From a virus (lineage: Duplodnaviria; Caudoviricetes), in the IMG/VR virus record IMGVR_UViG_3300032236_001596, positions 1 through 62,522 of that record: a stretch of DNA of 62,522 bases; one strand, written 5' to 3'. The notes beneath the pieces were generated by a model that ran no database searches, had not been told where the DNA came from, and worked only from the letters and a program-made list of their open reading frames with translations. The position numbers were made by a program, and so were the translations under genes. This document shows, piece after piece, positions 57,870 to 62,522 of this stretch. Positions within the stretch are counted from its first letter, which is position 1. Each line of letters starts with the position of its first letter.

Positions 57870-59603
57870 ATGGCATCAACTCTTTTATCTCCCGGAGTAG
57901 CAGTAAATGTAAGTGACCAAAGTCAAATAACTTCCCAACCAGTACAAGCTGGCGCTGCAATAGTAGGCCCAACTGTAAAAGGTATTGTAGGTATCCCTAA
58001 AAGAGTTACTACCTATAGTGAATACCTAGCCAATTTTGGTAGTACTTTTTCAAGCGGTTCAGACACTTATAGTTTCTTAACATCTATTTCTGCATACAAC
58101 TACTTCCAAAATGGTGGAACTTCACTTATTGTAACAAGAGTACAATCAGGAAGTTGGACATCTGCAACATCATCATTTGTAAGTTCATCATTACCTTCTT
58201 CTAGTGGCTCAGCATTCGTACTAGAAACATTAGCTCAAGGAGCAATAATGAATAGCGACTCAGCTGAAACTTCAGGATCATTAGCAAGTGGATCTGCAAA
58301 TAACGTAAGATGGGAAATAGTATCACCTAATACTTCATCTGGTACATTTACAGTACTTATTAGAAGAGGAGATGATAATACAGGAGCTAAAACAATATTA
58401 GAATCATTCTCTAACGTTTCATTAGACCCTACAGCTACAAACTATATATCTCGTATAATAGGTGATCAAACCTTAACATTACAAGGTTCAGGTACTTCAT
58501 CACCATATATACAAACTACTGGTTCTTTCCCTAACTCTTCAAGATATGTAAGAGTAAAAGCAGTAAACCTTAAAACACCTTATTATCTTGATAATAACGG
58601 AGTAGCAAAAGCCCAATATACTAGCTCTATTCCAGTAGCTGCAAGTGGTTCATTTGGAAGCGCAACTGGTGCTCTTTTTGGTGCAAACGCTAACTTCTAT
58701 TCAAATATAAACAATACAAATACTCAAGGTATAGATAGTAATAACGTATCTGGTTCATACCAAGATGCTCTTAATCTTCTAGCATCTTCTGAAGCTTATG
58801 TATATAACGTAATTACAGCTCCTGGTTTAGTTTATAGCAATGCTAGTCATGCTTCAACATTAAATACTCTAATATCAAACACTCAAAATAGAGGTGATGC
58901 TATGGCAATAGTTGATTTAGAAAACTACGGATCAACAGTAAATAATGCAGTATCGGACGCAGCTACAATAAATAACCCATACACTACAACTTACTGGCCT
59001 TGGGTACAAGTAACAGATCCAGATGCTCAACAATTAGCTTGGATTCCTGCTTCAACATTAATACCTGGAGTTTATGCTTATAATGATAATGCTGCTGCAG
59101 CTTGGTTCGCACCAGCTGGTATAAACAGAGGTGGACTAGGTATGGTACGTCAAGCTGAAAGAAAATTAACAACAACAGATCGTGATACTTTATATGTAGG
59201 TAAAGTAAATCCTATAGCAACATTCCCTGGTAAAGGAGTAGTAGTATACGGACAGAAAACATTACAATCTAAAGCTAGTGCTCTTGATAGAATTAACGTA
59301 GTCAGATTGTTAATAACACTTAGATCTTATATATCTCAAATTGCTAATAACTTAGTATTTGAACAAAATACAACTGCTACTCGTAATCAATTTGTAAACC
59401 AAGTTAATCCTTATTTAACATCAATACAACAAAGACAAGGTCTTTACGCATTTAAAGTAGTAATGGATTCAACAAACAATACAAGTGATGTTATTGATAG
59501 AAACCAGTTAATAGGAGCTATTTATATTCAACCTACTAAAACTGCTGAGTTTATTTACCTTAACTTTAACATAACTCCAACAGGAGTGGCATTTCCTCAA
59601 TAG
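57870..59603 (+). CDS. gp18: tail sheath protein, gp18-like
   Basis: LSPGV, WFAPAGINRG, VNPIATFPG, YGQKTL, RINVVRL, FEQN and PTKTAEFI motifs. Confidence 0.95.
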   Translation: MASTLLSPGVAVNVSDQSQITSQPVQAGAAIVGPTVKGIVGIPKRVTTYSEYLANFGSTFSSGSDTYSFLTSISAYNYFQNGGTSLIVTRVQSGSWTSATSSFVSSSLPSSSGSAFVLETLAQGAIMNSDSAETSGSLASGSANNVRWEIVSPNTSSGTFTVLIRRGDDNTGAKTILESFSNVSLDPTATNYISRIIGDQTLTLQGSGTSSPYIQTTGSFPNSSRYVRVKAVNLKTPYYLDNNGVAKAQYTSSIPVAASGSFGSATGALFGANANFYSNINNTNTQGIDSNNVSGSYQDALNLLASSEAYVYNVITAPGLVYSNASHASTLNTLISNTQNRGDAMAIVDLENYGSTVNNAVSDAATINNPYTTTYWPWVQVTDPDAQQLAWIPASTLIPGVYAYNDNAAAAWFAPAGINRGGLGMVRQAERKLTTTDRDTLYVGKVNPIATFPGKGVVVYGQKTLQSKASALDRINVVRLLITLRSYISQIANNLVFEQNTTATRNQFVNQVNPYLTSIQQRQGLYAFKVVMDSTNNTSDVIDRNQLIGAIYIQPTKTAEFIYLNFNITPTGVAFPQ

Positions 59604-59649
59604 AAAACAATAATCCTATATAACTTCTATTGGAGTAATATTAAAATTT

Positions 59650-59686
59650 TACCCTTCTGTAATATGTATAATAAAACAGAAGGGTA
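59650..59686 (+). promoter_or_regulatory. hairpin enclosing a late-promoter variant upstream of the homing endonuclease
   Basis: ACCCTTCTGT / ACAGAAGGGT perfect 10-bp stem with ATATGTAT in the loop; ATG at 59692. Confidence 0.65.
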
Positions 59687-59691
59687 TTTTT

Positions 59692-60405
59692 ATGGTAATA
59701 TATTTAACGAAAAATTTAGTAAATGGTAGAAAATATGTTGGTAAAGACTCACATAACAATCCAAATTATTTAGGTAGTGGGACTTTATTTTTAGAAGATG
59801 TCAAAAAATATGGAAAAGAAAACTTTAAAAAAGAAATATTGGAATACTGTACTAGAGAAAATTTAGGTGAAAGAGAAGAATATTGGATTAAATTTTTAAA
59901 TGCAGTTGAATCAAATGATTATTATAATATAAGAAACCAAACTTCAGGATGGAATAATAAAAATCTAAATAAAGAAAAATACAATTATGTATGTGGTAAA
60001 ATAAGTAAATCATTATTAGGTATATCTAGACCCAATCTTAAAAATAACCAAGAACGTAAAGAAAAAATAAGCAAAGCTAATAAAAATAAACCTAAACCTG
60101 AAGGATTTGGTGAAATGATAAGTAAAATTAAATTATCTCAAAATATAAAAATGTCTGATGATACCAAAAATAAAATAAGCGAAGCTAAAACAAATCACCC
60201 ATGCTTTCAAGAACAATCATTTAAAGAAAAACATCATAAACCAATAATACAATTAAACCAAAATAATGAAATTGTTAATGAATTTAAAAGCATACAAGAA
60301 GCAGAAAAATCAAATCCAAAATTTAAACGTTCTAATATAAGTTGTTGCTTAACTGGATTTTCTAAGACAGCATACGGGTATAAATGGGCTTATAAAATAA
60401 TATGA
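59692..60405 (+). mobile_element. GIY-YIG homing endonuclease (Seg-like) with NUMOD3/NUMOD1 domains
   Basis: VIY..NLVNGRKYVG; YLGSG; KYGKENF; ERE.YWI; YN; KISEAK; ISCCLTG..KTAYGYKW. Confidence 0.85.
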
Positions 60406-60410
60406 AAAAT

Positions 60411-61916
60411 TTAATCCCCATCTATAACAAGGTGGGGATTTTTTATTTTATATACCCATCTAGTATTACCACAATCCCAAACTCGTTTCCATCCATTAGC
60501 TAACATATTTTCATATTCTGTTAAATTGTTATCAAAAACTTCTAATAATTTTGGTAATTTATGTTTTTGGCAAGACATTCGACCTAATACTTTACTATTT
60601 TTCCAATATATGTAAGATGGAGATATGTTTTTATCAAAATCAAATCCTAAAGTTTTATATAATTCACCTGTAAAAAATCTTCTATCTGAAAAACTTACTA
60701 TGTCTTTTAAGTCTGTATTGTAATTATTAATAAAATGTTTGAATAACTTAGAAGCACCACCCAAAATATTAGTATTTAACAGATTACAAAATCTTACCAT
60801 TTCATATTCATTAGAATTTTTCTTGAATCTATTATTTGCAAAAGTCATAACAGATACTAGATCATCTTTATAATATAAACCTAAATTTATTGATGAATGA
60901 GTATAACCTTGTATATGATTTTTATCTAAAAATTCTCTTAACACTTTAGTATCTGTTATTTCTTTTATTACACACTTACGAGCATATATCTTATTAGAAA
61001 CTAATCCTATTTTATTTAATAGTATTGATTTGATTATTGGTTGTTTATATATCCATTCAAAATCTAATATATGGATTAAATCTATATCATTTTCTTTACA
61101 TTTCTTGGTTTTAAATAAATGATATTCTTTATATTTCCCCATAGATTCTGAATGCCAATATATTCCATTTACTTCAATAGCTAATTTATACTTGGGAATA
61201 TAAACATCTATTTCTAATCGATCAGGCAATAAATCTCTCCTATTTAAAAGCATATCATTTGAAGAAATATATTGAGACAAAAACACAATCAACTCATCCT
61301 CAATCAATGAATACCCTTTATAATCTGAACATTTACATGAAGGTAAATAACCATTACTTAAATACACTTCAGTAATCTCTGAACATTTATTACATTGAAA
61401 CCTAAATTTATTTTTAAAAGCATGATTTACTTTATTCTCTAAATATTCCTTATCAAATAAAGGAACCATACCAGAAACTTTCTGATAATTTATAAGTTTG
61501 TCCCATTTAATATTAATAAAATTTTCTCTATCTATTATTCTTCCTTTTAATTTTTGTGATATTTTGTCTTTTATTTGTTCATTTTGAGAAGCAACATTAT
61601 ATCCATATCTAATATTAATAGTGTTTTTAGCTTTATCTTTTACAGTATCTATTAAAAATGGATTTTCAACTCCATATTTTTCTTTAAGATTATCTCTATA
61701 TTTTTGTTGTACCTGAGGTGATTTAAATGCTACTTCATTTCCATATTTTTCAATGCATGTTGCTTTTCTAGTATCTATCCAACTTTTATCTACACCCTTA
61801 TATTGTTGGGCATGGGCTTTGGAGCAAAACTGTTTTTTAGATGATGGTAAATCTAAGAATATGTTGTTACATAACTTACATACTATTTCTTTTTTTATTG
61901 AGGGCTTTCTAGCCAT
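60411..61916 (-). mobile_element. free-standing endonuclease: KYG repeats + Zn ribbon + PD-(D/E)XK (Vsr/Hef-like) + Mom-like GNAT domain
   Basis: TCIEKYG / KEKYGVENP; EIDVYIPKYKLAIEVNGIYWH; YARKC; GGASKLF..SFSD..LYKTLGF..VWDCG; the only real minus-strand gene. Confidence 0.72.
60413..60445. terminator. hairpin at the junction of the convergent endonuclease genes
   Basis: AATCCCCATC-tataacaa-GGTGGGGATT followed by T's. Confidence 0.6.
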
Positions 61917-62037
61917 AATTCGTGTGTTTTAGGTATAAACGCTGTTACGTTGATAAATATAATAAAAATATTGCTAAAAACCTAAGGTACTAATATTTAT
62001 TTTTGTACACAAATTAAAACAATAAAATAAAATAAAC

Positions 62038-62522
62038 ATGCCAATATTAAACCCAAACGAAATATTCTTTACCGCGTTTGAACCTAAACAACCCAATCGT
62101 TTCATATTATATGTGGATGGATTCCCATCATATATTCTCAAAGGAGCAGCGGCAATAACAATGACACAAGGTGTTGTACCTCTACAACATATAAATGTTG
62201 ATAGATATGTTAAAGGAAAAAGTAAATGGAATCCAATACAATTAACATTATTTGATCCAATTACTCCTGCAGGTGCTCAAGCCGTAATGGAATGGGTTCG
62301 TTTACATCACGAATCTGTAACAGGTAGAGATGGTTATTCTGACTTCTATAAAAAAGATTTAACTCTTGATATATTAGGTCCTGTAGGTGATGTTGTATCT
62401 GAATGGATAATAAAAGGAGCTTTCATTACTGAAGTTGATTTCGGCGAATATAACTGGGCAACTGTTGATCAGGCCGTTGAAATTAAAATGACAGTTCAGC
62501 CTGACTATTGCATCTTGAATTA
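62038..62522 (+). CDS. gp19: tail tube protein, gp19-like (runs off the window end)
   Basis: Translated by hand: MPILNPNEIFFTAFEPKQPNRF...LFDPITPAGAQAVMEW...DFYKKDLTL..LGPVGDVVSEWIIKGAF. Confidence 0.88.
   Translation, partial: MPILNPNEIFFTAFEPKQPNRFILYVDGFPSYILKGAAAITMTQGVVPLQHINVDRYVKGKSKWNPIQLTLFDPITPAGAQAVMEWVRLHHESVTGRDGYSDFYKKDLTLDILGPVGDVVSEWIIKGAFITEVDFGEYNWATVDQAVEIKMTVQPDYCILN

Noticed and set aside
2201-59175. Numerous minus-strand ORFs and short alternative-frame ORFs (e.g. 5407..5820, 20463..20909, 29723..30256, 44259..44474)
   Set aside because: Antisense or out-of-frame shadows of real + strand genes, with no motifs or promoters of their own
1-62522. Stop-codon reassignment as seen in some large phages
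   Set aside because: Core genes are intact and tightly packed under the standard code; TAA, TGA and TAG all act as stops; the TAG-anticodon tRNA is Leu (reads CTA), not a suppressor

Overview
An AT-rich (roughly 26-28% GC by eye) segment of a large T4-like myovirus (jumbo-phage type), probably infecting Bacteroidota; the host is inferred from the lack of Shine-Dalgarno motifs, a Bacteroidota-style lipoprotein and an Hc1-like protein. Almost all genes are on the + strand, in the standard genetic code. In order the window holds: a six-tRNA cluster; early genes and a gp55-like late sigma factor; a baseplate module (gp25, gp6 and a 1866-aa protein); a ~16 kb island of small and modular ORFs interleaved with primase, exonucleases and an FAD oxidoreductase; terminase, portal, prohead protease, scaffold and major capsid; PhoH; Ser/Thr-rich fibres; neck proteins; sheath; and a truncated tail tube. 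Three free-standing endonuclease genes interrupt the structural module. The main inferences, none tested computationally, are: (1) many unrelated proteins share an N-terminal tag (MIKLLDILLE / LKxIIxE) and have [LI]-x-E linkers between domains, suggesting a capsid-targeted, prohead-protease-processed cargo system that includes an LRR protein and an ART-like/zincin polyprotein; (2) a virion-wide [ST]-G-S / [ST]-A-S motif that may be a modification sequon; (3) two nucleases fused to a Mom-like GNAT domain; (4) two distinct promoter classes, TTGGNN-N17-TATAWT and ATATTTAT.
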